DNA of 63,063 bases, counting the filler, from Pelomyxa schiedti (taxonomy: Eukaryota > Protista > Evosea), in assembly GCA_020536535.1 (NCBI GenBank). It is 5 parts of 5 records of this genome, joined end to end, with 100 filler letters (N's around TTAATTAATTAA, not from the genome) between each part and the next. Parts side by side here need not be neighbours in the genome. Positions count along the whole stretch, not along the records: positions 1 to 28,505 come from JAHLWZ010000661.1; positions 28,606 to 53,197 come from JAHLWZ010000585.1; 3 more parts are not named here. The stretch is one strand, 5' to 3'. The translations under genes were made by a program, and so were the position numbers. Below are positions 24,852-35,597 of the stretch, piece by piece; position 1 is the stretch's first letter, and every line of letters begins with the position of its first letter. The notes beneath the pieces are model-generated. The model was not told the origin of the DNA and ran no database searches. It saw only the letters and a program-made list of their open reading frames with translations.

Positions 24852-26160
24852 TTGAGTATTATCAGACATACTTTTGTTTCTTAACAGTTTGCTTCTTCTT
24901 TTCTTAAAAGTTTTTCAACATAACTTTTAGAGACTCCATGTTGAGTTCCTCAGTTATTTTGGCCTCTGCCAACAAGTCCTCCTGTGTCATTTGTCGTGGT
25001 CCTTTGGATTTCAGCTTGGTTTTTCTCTTCCTTCTGTAAGGAAGAGAGAATAGCATTGGAGGCATACCTTTTTCTTGCCTTTCGACACTATGTCGCGTTG
25101 CCGCGTTCTTTCAGTTGAGTCCACTGTAGACTGGCGAAATATACGAGGGGAAAGTGGTGGTGAATCTATCTTGGCACTAGCTAGTTTGTGGTGTGTTACA
25201 GTTTCATCGAGAGGGAAGCGGGCAGGAATAACCTTGATTAGTTCTTCTTTTCTGCAATAAGATATGGGAAAGGAAACCCCAGTTATGAAGAGGCATACTT
25301 TGGTTTCTCTCTTCTCCGGTTTTTCATCGTCATTGCTTCCATCTTTCTGGTGATCTAAGTCTTCCACTTGAAAACATGAAAACAAGAGGGAGAGAATAAA
25401 AAAAATAAAATTAAACCTGGTTAGAGAATTACATTTAGTAGAAGAAAGCTTAGTGCGAGGAACTACCAGGCTCACTGGTAACTGTAGTCTTTTTCTTTGC
25501 ATGTTTCTTCAAGGCGGGATCAACGTAGGCATTTTTGTTCTAAAGGGATTGCTTAACTCACTTACTTGGAGAAGGTCTAAAGTTCGAACTTTTTTTGGTT
25601 TGGTCTTCTCTGGGACATCTTCTTCAGCTGGTTCGAACTCCTCTTCCGGTGCATCAAAATCCGCATCAACTTCATCCTCGGAAGATTCTATAACAGGTGT
25701 ATAAATAGTATAAGATGTAAGGAAAAACCCCTACCCGCTTCAGAAAATTCTGCATCCTCAGCATCCTCGTTCCACAGGTCTGCCGACCAAAACAAGTCAT
25801 CCGCCTCAATTTCGTCCCCAAGCAACTCCTTCATTCTGAGAGTGTCGTGAGTGTGTAATACAGTGAATTTAACCAAAAGAGTGAGTGAGAGAGGATAACG
25901 CTGATTTTGTGATTTAGTGTTTGGTTTCACAGAGAGACCGTCTTCCACGAGTAGAACGTTCGGGCAGCTTGAAAGGCTCCACGCCGTCCAGCGACAGCGC
26001 CCGCATCTCGGTTATGTCCGCCGTCGCGGTGTCGTCGGGGGAGCGCCGCGTCCGACGGCGCTGAAGTTGCCATTGCTTTTTCGGCGTCGCCCTGTGCCGT
26101 AGAGCTGCTGTCGGCTTCGGCTGCTGTGCCCACCTTGTCCACGGCTTCCCCCTCCGTCAT
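24848..26160 (-). pseudogene. Partial duplicate of YL1/Vps72 with frameshift, premature stop and no YL1_C domain
   Basis: Contains ERSTRGR/MKELLGDEIEADDLFW. It has a 2-nt deletion near 26040 relative to the 28328 copy, and GAA>TAA near 24905 relative to the copy at ~5041. Homology ends at 24848. Confidence 0.82.
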
Positions 26161-26666
26161 TTGATCGATTACTCTGATTTCGGGTAAGTGGCAGTCACGT
26201 GCAGACCACTGCTTTCTCTACCACCCACCTTGCTCTTTCTCGGTACTCCAAGCAGGAACAAGGAAATATGCGGGCAAGGTGGACACAGCACTGGAGTCAC
26301 TTTCAGCTTCCATTTATGGAATAGATCGAGGAATAGAAAAGACACACGTCTTTTCATTACAAGGCAACTGAAGCAACTGAGAAAATTTTCGTTGTCGACA
26401 CGTCGAAATTGGATTTATAAAGATCGTTGATCGCAAAAAGTTCAAAAAAAAAAAAACAAAACTCGAGACACGAGTTGAGAAGAAAAATACACACCACACA
26501 AAAGAGAAGAAAAGAGGGGGAGAGTGAGTGTGGAATGCAGTGTGCGTCATAAGAGGGCAGCCAACCAAGCAAGCAAGCAACGACAACAAGCAAGGCATTG
26601 TTCTTCCCATCTCTCTTTTTTTTTTTTTTGTTTTGTGTTTTTTTCTTTCTTGTTTTCTCGTTTCGT

Positions 26667-26912
26667 GGGGAGTGTTACCCTGCACTGGGAATGCTACCCC
26701 CTTTTTTGTTTGGTTTTTTCTTCTCGTTTCATGGGGAGTGTTACCCTGCACTGGGAATGCTACCCCCTTTGTTTTTTTCTTTCTTCTCATTTCGTGGGGA
26801 GTGTTACCCTGCACTGGGAATGCTACCCCCTTTTTTCTTTTTTTTTGTTTTGTGTTTTTTTCTTTCTTTTCGTTTCGTGGGGAGTGTTACCCTGCACTGG
26901 GAATGCTACCCC
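26667..26912 (+). repeat. Array of four identical 34-nt hairpin-forming repeats separated by T-rich linkers
   Basis: GGGGAGTGTTACCCTGCACTGGGAATGCTACCCC starts at 26667, 26733, 26796 and 26879 (periods 66, 63, 83). Confidence 0.95.
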
Positions 26913-27657
26913 CCTTTTTTGTTTGGTTTTTTCTTATCGTTTCCTTCGTAAAACTGTATTGCAGGGTAACTGGCTTCGGACAATCAATACCAAAATACAA
27001 TCGAATAATAGATCTTTCTTCTTTCACATTATTTTTCTTTTTTTCTTTTTTGACTTGTCGGGGGTGTGACAGCAACGCCCTGCGCCCTTGTGTGCGTGTG
27101 CGTTCTGGCCACAATTTCGAAAAAAAAACCTGCACAACACAAGTCAGCAGCAGCAGCAGTCGAGTCGTGCGGCGGGCCGAGCGGCGTGACACCCTGCATG
27201 CAGTGTGGTCACAGCTGCACGATCTGGATCTGGATCTCCCGTGTCGCTGTTATATGGCGTTGTTAGACAACAACATATGTATGTGTTATGCGCACCGCAC
27301 AGCACGCAAAAAATGACTGACTTCAACAGTCACCACAAGCACACCCCCCCACACACACACGCCGCTTGTTTTCCAATTGTGCAAATCCAAGCAATTCGTG
27401 GTGTGCTGTGTGCGGCAGACATACCTTTATTTCACCTTCCCAAGTGTAGCTCACACAGTGTAACCAGAGAAAAATGGCAAAACTCGAGCAGTTCGACTCT
27501 TGGGAATTAGGTCACGTCACACTTATTTCTCCCTTTGATGCCTGTGGTTCCACACAAGTTTTCCCAGATACATCTCGCGGTTTCAAGAAGAAATTTGAAG
27601 ACACTATGAGGATATCTCTGAACAAAGGAACACAGCCACTCACAAGTGAGGAAAATA

Positions 27658-27705
<48 letters not shown>
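27658..27705. repeat. Poly-G tract (~48 nt)
   Basis: Homopolymer read directly from the sequence. Confidence 0.9.
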
Positions 27706-27706
<1 letters not shown>

Positions 27707-27877
27707 GCGTTTTCCTCTCGTTCTAAATTATGACGGAGACCCCACATCACAGTCACTCGCGGGAATGATTTCCTTTANNNNNNNNNNNNNNNNNNNNNNN
27801 NNNNNNNNNNNNNNNNNNNNNNNNNNNNNNNNNNNNNNNNNNNNNNNNNNNNNNNNNNNNNNNNNNNNNNNNNNNNN

Positions 27878-28328
27878 CGCTTCAGAAAATTCTGCATCCT
27901 CAGCATCCTCGTTCCACAGGTCTGCCGACCAAAACAAGTCATCCGCCTCAATTTCGTCCCCAAGCAACTCCTTCATTCTGAGAGTGTCGTGAGTGTGTCA
28001 TACATTGGATTTAACCAATGGAGATGGAGACCGAGACGGGAACACCCATTTTTGTTGTGTGGGAGTGGGTTTTTTTTTTTGTTTCACAGACAGACCGTCT
28101 TCCACGAGTCGAACGTTCGGGCAGCTTGAAAGGCTCCGCGGCGAACTCGCCGTCCAGCGACAGCGCGCGCATCTCGGTTATGTCCGTCGTCGCGGTGTCG
28201 TCCGGCGGAAGCGCTACGTCCGACGGGGCCGACGCAGAAGTCGTCGTTGCTTTCTCAGCGTAGGGCTCTGTCGTGGAGCTGCGCTCGGCCTCCGCTGCTG
28301 TGTCCGCCTTCACCACAGCTTCCGTCAT
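27878..28328 (-). CDS. VPS72: YL1/Vps72 5' part (intact frame); probably belongs with 4270-5163
   Basis: MTEAVVK...LPERSTRGR[intron]MKELLGDEIEADDLFWSADLWNEDAEDAEFSEA is the YL1 N-terminal motif. Ends at the N-gap. Confidence 0.82.
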
Positions 28329-28505
28329 TTGATGATGTCTGTTTTTAGTGTAACACCACCCAGACCAAATGTCACGTATTCAGGCATTCCCGCAATCGAA
28401 CCCAAGAGGAACTTGGAAATACCCCGCACTGAAATCCGGCAGAAAACCACACTATCATCTCTGAGGTGAGGGGTTCCTTCCATTTATGGAATAGATAGAG
28501 GAATA

Positions 28506-28605
28506 NNNNNNNNNNNNNNNNNNNNNNNNNNNNNNNNNNNNNNNNNNNNTTAATTAATTAANNNNNNNNNNNNNNNNNNNNNNNNNNNNNNNNNNNNNNN
28601 NNNNN
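28506..28605. other. Artificial scaffold linker (N44-TTAATTAATTAA-N44); also at 53198-53297, 55038-55137 and 61274-61373
   Basis: Identical six-frame-stop spacer embedded in Ns. Confidence 0.97.
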
Positions 28606-30052
28606 CTTCTGTGGGGCGTGTGGTGCTTTTGTGTTTTTGGAGTAAGAGTAATGCTTTTTAATATGTGCAGGTGGGGGTGGCGGGGGTGGTGGTGGTTGGA
28701 GTACCTCGTTGCGCACACACGACATCCTCGATACCACTCACACCAAGTACCATCCTATCAAATCCAAATTCCCCCAGTAGAACAGTTACAACAACAACCG
28801 CAGCTTTTGGGGTAGGAGGGGGTGGAGGGGGAGGTGGTTGGAAATCCAGTGGTAATGTTGGGTCTTCCTCCTTCTGTGGGGCGTGTGGTGCTTTTGTGTT
28901 TTTGGAGTAAGAGTAATGCTTTTTAATATGTGCAGGTGGGGGTGGCGGGGGTTGTGGTGGTTGGAGTACCTCGTTGCGCACACGAACACGTGGGCGCGTA
29001 GATGATGGAGCAGGTGGTGGTGGTGGAGGTGGTGGAGGGCTTGCGTTTTGGGCTTGAAGTAGTTGCAAGTCATAGTTTCTTAATGCTTGGTAAAGAGTTG
29101 GTTGTTGGGTAGGGGAAATCGACAATGCTGCAGAAGAGAATGATAGAATTGGTGAACCTGAAGTGTTAAGTGGGATGGGTGCAAATGGGGGCGAGGTTGT
29201 CCCTGATGTTGGGCTTTGAGATTGTGATCGAGGTGAGTAGGTGGGAGAATAGGACGCAATGCGAGGAGAGTGAATGGGCGATGCTTGTATAGAAGTTGCA
29301 GTAATGGAAGAAATTGGAATGTTGAGATTTGTTGAAGAAAATGGGGAAAAAGAGGATGGACTCAATTGAGAGAAAGCCTGAGTTAAAACAGGAGAGACTG
29401 AGCTTGATTGAGGTATTTGAATCGAGGAATGCATGTTAACAGAGTTTGGTGGTGTGAGAAAAGGAGATTCTTGTCCGCCTGAAGTAGAGTGGCCACTCAT
29501 TTGTGGAAATGGAGTGGTTTTGCACTGGTAAGATGGTGAGGTGTTTTGTCGAGTGGCAGGTGAGTTTGGTGAGTAACACATGAAATTGGGGGACTGAAGG
29601 ACCACCGGGGAGGCCGTTCCCATGAACGGGCCTTGCGCAATGTACGGCGTAAAAGCGCTCGACTGAGAGAAAGTGGCTCCACAAGAGGAAGAATTCACAG
29701 AACTCTCGATAGGAGCCTCGCGAGGCTCCGAACCGCCGCACATAATGACGCCCGTTGTCGAGGAGGCGTCGAAATGGGGAGGTGAGAAAGACAGAGGCAG
29801 GGGCTCGATGTCCGGCGAAGGGGGAGGTAGGAGCGACGTTCCATCCACAGTATAAACACCCCTCAGCGGCACGAGCGCCGGCGACGTCGCCGCCGACGAG
29901 ACCGCGGACCCAACTCGCGGTACATAAGAGTAGTCCACAACAGGGTTTTCCCACTGATAGCCCTCCGACGGCACATGGACATCCGGTGGTAGCATGCCGC
30001 ACGCACGGGAATTAGTTTTTCTAGAATGAAAATATGATCTGAGTCTTGACAC
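28606..30052 (-). CDS. Hypothetical Ser/Pro-rich protein with a duplicated C-terminal block; runs off the scaffold end
   Basis: 464-codon ORF with first ATG near 29995. Segment 28606-28718 is nearly identical to 28872-28983. Confidence 0.6.
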
Positions 30053-30157
30053 CTGCCAGATGTCAAACGAGCAGGGAAACTACTCGTCTCCTACTTTGAG
30101 TTCGCTTCTGTCCTCTTGGCCGCGGTGCTGTCTTTTATCCTTCTTGTAAAGGCGGAG

Positions 30158-33100
30158 ATGACGACCGGCAGCCCTCGGGTAGAAGTGGCGACGCCTACAC
30201 TTACACCAGCGCTGAGGAGTGCCCCGACGTCGCCACTGCAGCCCATTATGGGAAGCCCGACGACCAGCAACAACGGCAAGCGGTCGCAGGGCGGCGGCGT
30301 CGGCGCGGTCTCGCGGTCCATGAGGACGCAAGACGTGGACGTGCACCAGCCCCTCCCGGTCTTCTGGCCCCCCAACTTCAACCCCCCGCGGCAGCACAGG
30401 CACAAGCACAAGCACGGCGGCGCCGCCGCCGCGTCGTGGAGCCTCGTCGGCGACGCAACAGGCGGAGCAGCAGGAGAAAAAGGCGCGGCGGCGGCGGCGG
30501 CGTCGGCGGCGGCGCCGGCCCCCCCCCCTTCGTCGTCGGGCGCCTCGTCGTCCGCGTCGCCGTCCGAGGCGGAGGAGGACGCGGCGGCCCGGCGGCGGGA
30601 GCGCCGGCGCGAGCGCGCGCCGTCGGCGTACACGCGGAGCCACGACCACGACCACGAGCGGGAGCGGGACCTGCCGAGGCCCAGGGTGCTCAGGGACCGC
30701 CGCAAGACAAAAGGCAAAGGCAAGGGCAAGGGCAAGGGCTCGGGCCCGGGTGCCAAGCAGCAGCAGCAGCAGCAACAGAAGCAGCAGGAGAGCGGGGAGG
30801 CGCCCGGCAGGAGGGAGCGCAATGGCACGGAGGAGGCCCAGGAAGAAAATAGGGGGGAGGGGGACGGAGACGCGGCTGCGGCTGTGGTTGTGGTTGTTCC
30901 CCCTGGCAAAGGAATTGAGAAGAAGGAGAAGGAGGAGGGGGGTGAGGCGACTAAAGAGGACGTGAAGGGTAAGGTAGACGAGGACAAGGGAGAGGAAGAG
31001 GGAAATGGCAAGGGCAAGGATAAGGAGAAAATGGAGGAAAACGACAAGACCTTGGATACTGTGAAAGATACAGACATGGACAAAGAGCAGGCTCAAGAGG
31101 ACAAGGGCAAGCACAAGCACAAGGACAAGGATAAGGAGAAGAAGCACAAAGGGGAGAATGATGGAGGTGATGGTGAACAAGGGGAGAATGGCAATGTGGG
31201 GATTGAGAAGGAAAAGGGAGCAGTGGGCAAAGAAAAGGATGACAGGATAGAGAAGGACAAGGACAAAGGTAAAGGCGGCACCAGAAGGAGTAAGGACAAT
31301 AACGAACAAGCCGCAGACGGAGATATGCACCCAAAGGCACCTACAAAGGCACCCAGATACACCCATGGCGCACATTCAAGGTGTGAAGGGTGTGTCACTC
31401 GATCCAGGTCCCCAGCACTCAGTGCCCAAAGTCATATTTTCCATCATCACTCAAGGGATTACGAGTCTATTACAAAGTCTCCTCTCCACTCTGGAATTAT
31501 TTCTCCAAGAATTTTTTCTCCTTCTCTCAGTGGCTCAATTGAACCTTGCAGTCCTTGTGCCAGTGCAGGAGAGGGCAGTACTCCGATGAGTCCACTTATG
31601 TTGCCAGCTAGTGTCTGCACAGGAGAAGCTGCTGGTATTATCTCACCAGAAAATGAGATTTTCTCCAGAATTGCTAGGATGTATGGCACAAGAGTTGAGG
31701 ACAATCTATTGAACAAGCTGGCCTCTGGATCAACATCTTCAAATCCTCTTCTTTCCATCTTCACTCCAGCCTACCGTGAGGCTGAAATGGAAGAAGGGTC
31801 AAATGCATCATCTATGAAGAAAACTGCTACGCCACCACCCTCGAAGCGCAGGTGTGTGTCCACATCCAGCAGCCCGAGTAAATCCCCCAAGAAGTCTTGT
31901 GAGTGTGGCAAATCGAATTGCCAATGCAAAGTTTCTAGATCACCCTCAAAAAGTCTTCACTCAGAGGATAGGCACTACACAATTCCAGAGTCTTATATTA
32001 TCTACCGAGGTTTTCCTCTTTTCTTTTAAGAACAAAAAATAATTATATTATCAGAAAGAATTCAGGAAGATAATGATGACGAAGTTGAATATGACCTTGA
32101 CAGCGAAGATGAACGGTATGTCTACACTGGTGAATTGCATCTTAGGCCACCTGTAGATTCCTTGAAGAAATGAATTATACTAAAGAGGCAGACAAGTGGG
32201 CTTTTGAAAAAGTTATGGACATGCTTGAGAAAACTGCCTTCAAACAAGTTCACATACCACTTTTCGTATTTACCCTTAACCATTTTACAGCAAACTTGTT
32301 TTTTGGATAGTCAACAACAGTTGGCACCTGTAGCATGCCAGTGTATTTCCCACTTTGACAGTGCCACTATTTCAACCTTCATGGATAAACCGAAGTGTTG
32401 TGTATGCCAAGATTACTCTGATGACAAAAAGAATCCAATTTATGTCTGTTGCATGTGCAATGTCGGTGTGCCCCATTTCTTTTGTTCAACTTCTGTCACT
32501 TTTGCCTCACCAACTGTCAATTTCAGCTGCACACAAAGCATGCTACCATATCGAATCCAAGACTAAGGACCATTGGACCTGCGCGCAGTGCCACTCCTCC
32601 CCTGACACCAAAGTAACGTCCTTCTTCCAATTGTATTTGGTTCCTGATTTTATTTCTTAAACAATAAAGTGTAAGATTTGTGGCACACGAGGCGTTGGTT
32701 TAACACCTATTGCTGGAAGTAAAACCAAACAATGGGTCCACACATTTTGTGCAGTATGGACTCCTGGATTTTCTTTTACCGAAGGTGGGCTTGTATTGCC
32801 AAACCAGGTTTGCGTTTGCATTCCTTCCCGTTTTTATCTTGTGTTGATTCTCCAAACAGTCATTTGATCCTGGAGGAGAGGAACACTGTTCTATCTGCAA
32901 ACTATCTTCTATTTCCGGTACTGTAGTCAAGTGCACTGTTCCTAAGTGCAATTCGAAATTTCATGCTATTTGTGCCAAGTTACATGGTCACACTATGTTC
33001 TTGGTGCCACCACATCTCTGTACATCAAACGGCCTTGCCAAGTTGGGCTTGTTTGAGCTGGGAAAAATGGGTATTGGTAATTCGACCCCCGCCTCTGGCC

Positions 33101-34283
33101 CTGGTTTTGTAATCCTATGTGCAGAACACACAGCAATTGTATGTATTCACAAGATTTATATTTATACCCGACACTTTTTTCCCAAAAAAGCTTTCTGGCA
33201 AAGTTCCGGCATACAAATTGCCACATTTCAATCCGGACTCGGAGCCTAGTGACGGAATTTCCAAGATGAAAACTAAGTCTTGTGACACTGTTATAGATTT
33301 TCCACTTGGAATCAGTGTATGTGCAACAGTCCGACAAAATTTGGCAAATCTCAATATGGTAACAAGTCACTTTTTTTTCCCCCCCTAATCTCAACTTCTC
33401 CCAAATAAAACAAATAAACAGAAAGTAAAATCCGACTTCCTAGATAGAATATTCTGGCACTGGGTTTACAGGAGAGTCTGTCAGGGTGTCCACCACAAAG
33501 AGTATACAAGCCCTCCACTTTTCCGCCCACAGGGAACAATAATACTCTCCCGTACTGGTTCCGTCACCCCGCACCATAATCCAATCACATCTGCTATGGG
33601 CATTGGCGCAACACCCCTCTCTAGACGCCTTCAAGTGGAGATTGAGGACGTCTTGGTGAGCAGACGAGGCACACTGGCCCTCGACTCTGACCGAGGAGTA
33701 CTTTTCTGGGAGAAACGAAGTCAGGTATGAAGAGTGAGAGGGTGGATTTTGTGTTGAGACTAACGTTATAGGTTCCCCAGGAAACCCTAGACAAGCTCAA
33801 ACAATTACGGACCGAATTTGATAGGATACTCACAATCTTGGTAATCTCCATTCTGCACTTTCACTATCACAACAAAGAAATGTTTCTCTTTCTTACTGGT
33901 GGCTTCAGGATGTTGTAAGAACTAGGGAGAAAGCTAAGCGGGATAGACTCCGCGTTCTGGGCAAGATTTTCTCACAACCAAATGGACCAGCCAGCTTAAT
34001 TTCTTCCAAAACATCTGGCACAAATTCCATCACCTTGCTCCCCATTTTGCCCCCACTTCCCACACACCCTCACACATTAACAAGGAAAACCAAAAAAAAG
34101 CAAGTCAGCAACAAGAACACAACCCCAAGCACAACATCACCACCAATCAGCTCCTCTCAAAGTGAGGCAAAGTTCACAGACAGTGAGAGTGATTCCGGCA
34201 GTTCCTCGTATGTATCTTCTTGTAGAGGTAAACAACAATTTAACCTTCACCCCATAGTGACAGTAAGTCGACCGCCGTATTGA
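30158..34283 (+). CDS. JADE/BRPF/Nto1-like chromatin protein (EPC-like plus PHD-zinc knuckle-PHD)
   Basis: EPC-like VEYDLDSEDE...MDMLEK; PHD CCVCQD...CCMCNV.AHKACY...WTCAQC; CKIC...QWVHTFCAVWTP; CSICK...VKCTVPKCNSKFHAICA; LRTEFDRILTILDVVRTREKAKR. The 3' end is approximate. Confidence 0.87.
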
Positions 34284-34397
34284 GTAGTTCCTCTTCACCA
34301 TCCTCACCAACAAGAAAATCGTAATCAAATAGAAACATTATACGATGGTTTTTTTTTTTTTTGTGGGGCACATTTGTTGAGGAGAAAGGAAGTAAGT

Positions 34398-35505
34398 TCA
34401 TACGTTACTGGTGGAGTGCAGGCGTACGATGTTGTTCCAAAGAACGTCCTCTGTTTCTGTTGGGGTAAGAGGAAGGTCCAGCACTGTTTGCAACTCGCTG
34501 TCCGGGTCACCAAAAGGCCAATCGGAGCCAAATAATATCTTTCAGGGTTTAGTGTTTTGTAAAGCTCGACAGACAGATCGAGTACCTTTGTGTGCCCATA
34601 TCGTGTGATGTAGTCGGTAATATCAGAGGGAGATGCCAGAGCAGTGTCAACCCACACATTTTCAAGGCCCCAAATACCTGCTTCGAGGAGGTCCTCATAC
34701 CCTCCGTTCAGCATTCCATAGTGCGGTATAATTACGGGAATTCCGGCAGCGAGTTCCTTGGTGAACCGTACGGTGTTGTGCAACTCTTCCTCGTAAACTA
34801 TCTTTGAGAAGATGTGATTTAGTGCCACTAAGAACAGTGTGGTAGAATTTCAGTCTACAGGCATTCTTCGGCGTCGGATTTCCGCCAAGGCAGCAATGCA
34901 TCTCGGGTCATCGTAGTTATATCTTGGCTCGTCCATATGCCTGTGCCACTTACAAAAAAGTAAGAAAGGTACAGTAAGAATCCCAAAATATACATAATAA
35001 CTTGGTTTTTTAGGAAAAAGAAAAAACCCACGATTCAAAAATATCATAAAATTAGACAAACCTTTATACCCTTGTGAGCTGGAACCAACTGCTCAACAGC
35101 AAAATCATTCCATATGAATAGATACGGAGCCACGTTCGTAATAAGTCCTTGTTCGCCCACAGGTTCACCGGCAGATGAGATCTCGACCACTTTCGCGTTT
35201 GCCTTTGTACGCTTTGAGATCCAGTCTGGTGTGTCTACGAAGGATCTGTCTCCGCGGTCGTATATGAGTGCCACGTGACAGAATGCCGCGCAGCGGGTTA
35301 TGGGAACCGCCGACCGAGCGGCGGCCCTGGCATAGTCCTCAATGCTGCCGTTTTTCCTCGAGGACGAGAAAAAAGGCGAGACTGAGGAACACAACAACGC
35401 ACTGCAACCCGTGCTGCGAATCTCATCGAGGCCTCGCGTGTGCAAGTGCGAGTCGAATGCTCGTTTGGGTGTTGTCTCCTCCGCGTCCGTTTTTACTGAG
35501 GCCAT
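34398..35505 (-). CDS. Amidohydrolase (Amidohydro_2 TIM-barrel family)
   Basis: FDSHLH metal motif, KGIK/WH, VIIPHYG, ENVWVDTA, ILFGSDWPFG and VLWNNIVRL. Three introns. Confidence 0.88.
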
Positions 35506-35597
35506 AATCCTCCCAACTTTTCTGAAGAAACGCGACTGGAAACTTGTACAAGATTGGTTTTAAACAAGATATTGAATTTAGAATCTCCCAAAGATTC

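Noticed and set aside
25625-25645. tRNA-like GGTTCGAA T-loop
   Set aside because: Lies within YL1 coding sequence (antisense of EFEPA) and forms no cloverleaf.
26667-26912. CRISPR array
   Set aside because: The linkers are low-complexity T-rich and related to one another rather than unique spacers. There are no cas genes and the context is eukaryotic.
26667-26912. Iron-responsive elements on the minus strand (C-N5-CAGUGC)
   Set aside because: The loop matches, but the upper stem closes with a C-A mismatch and the lower stem pairs poorly. The array is also not evidently in an mRNA UTR.
26314-27316. Phe-rich or Lys-rich ORFs over the repeat array
   Set aside because: Produced by stop-poor T-tracts and the repeats; open in several frames at once.
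28550-28561. Recurrent TTAATTAATTAA motif
   Set aside because: Artificial linker between concatenated scaffolds. Adjacency across the linkers has no biological meaning.
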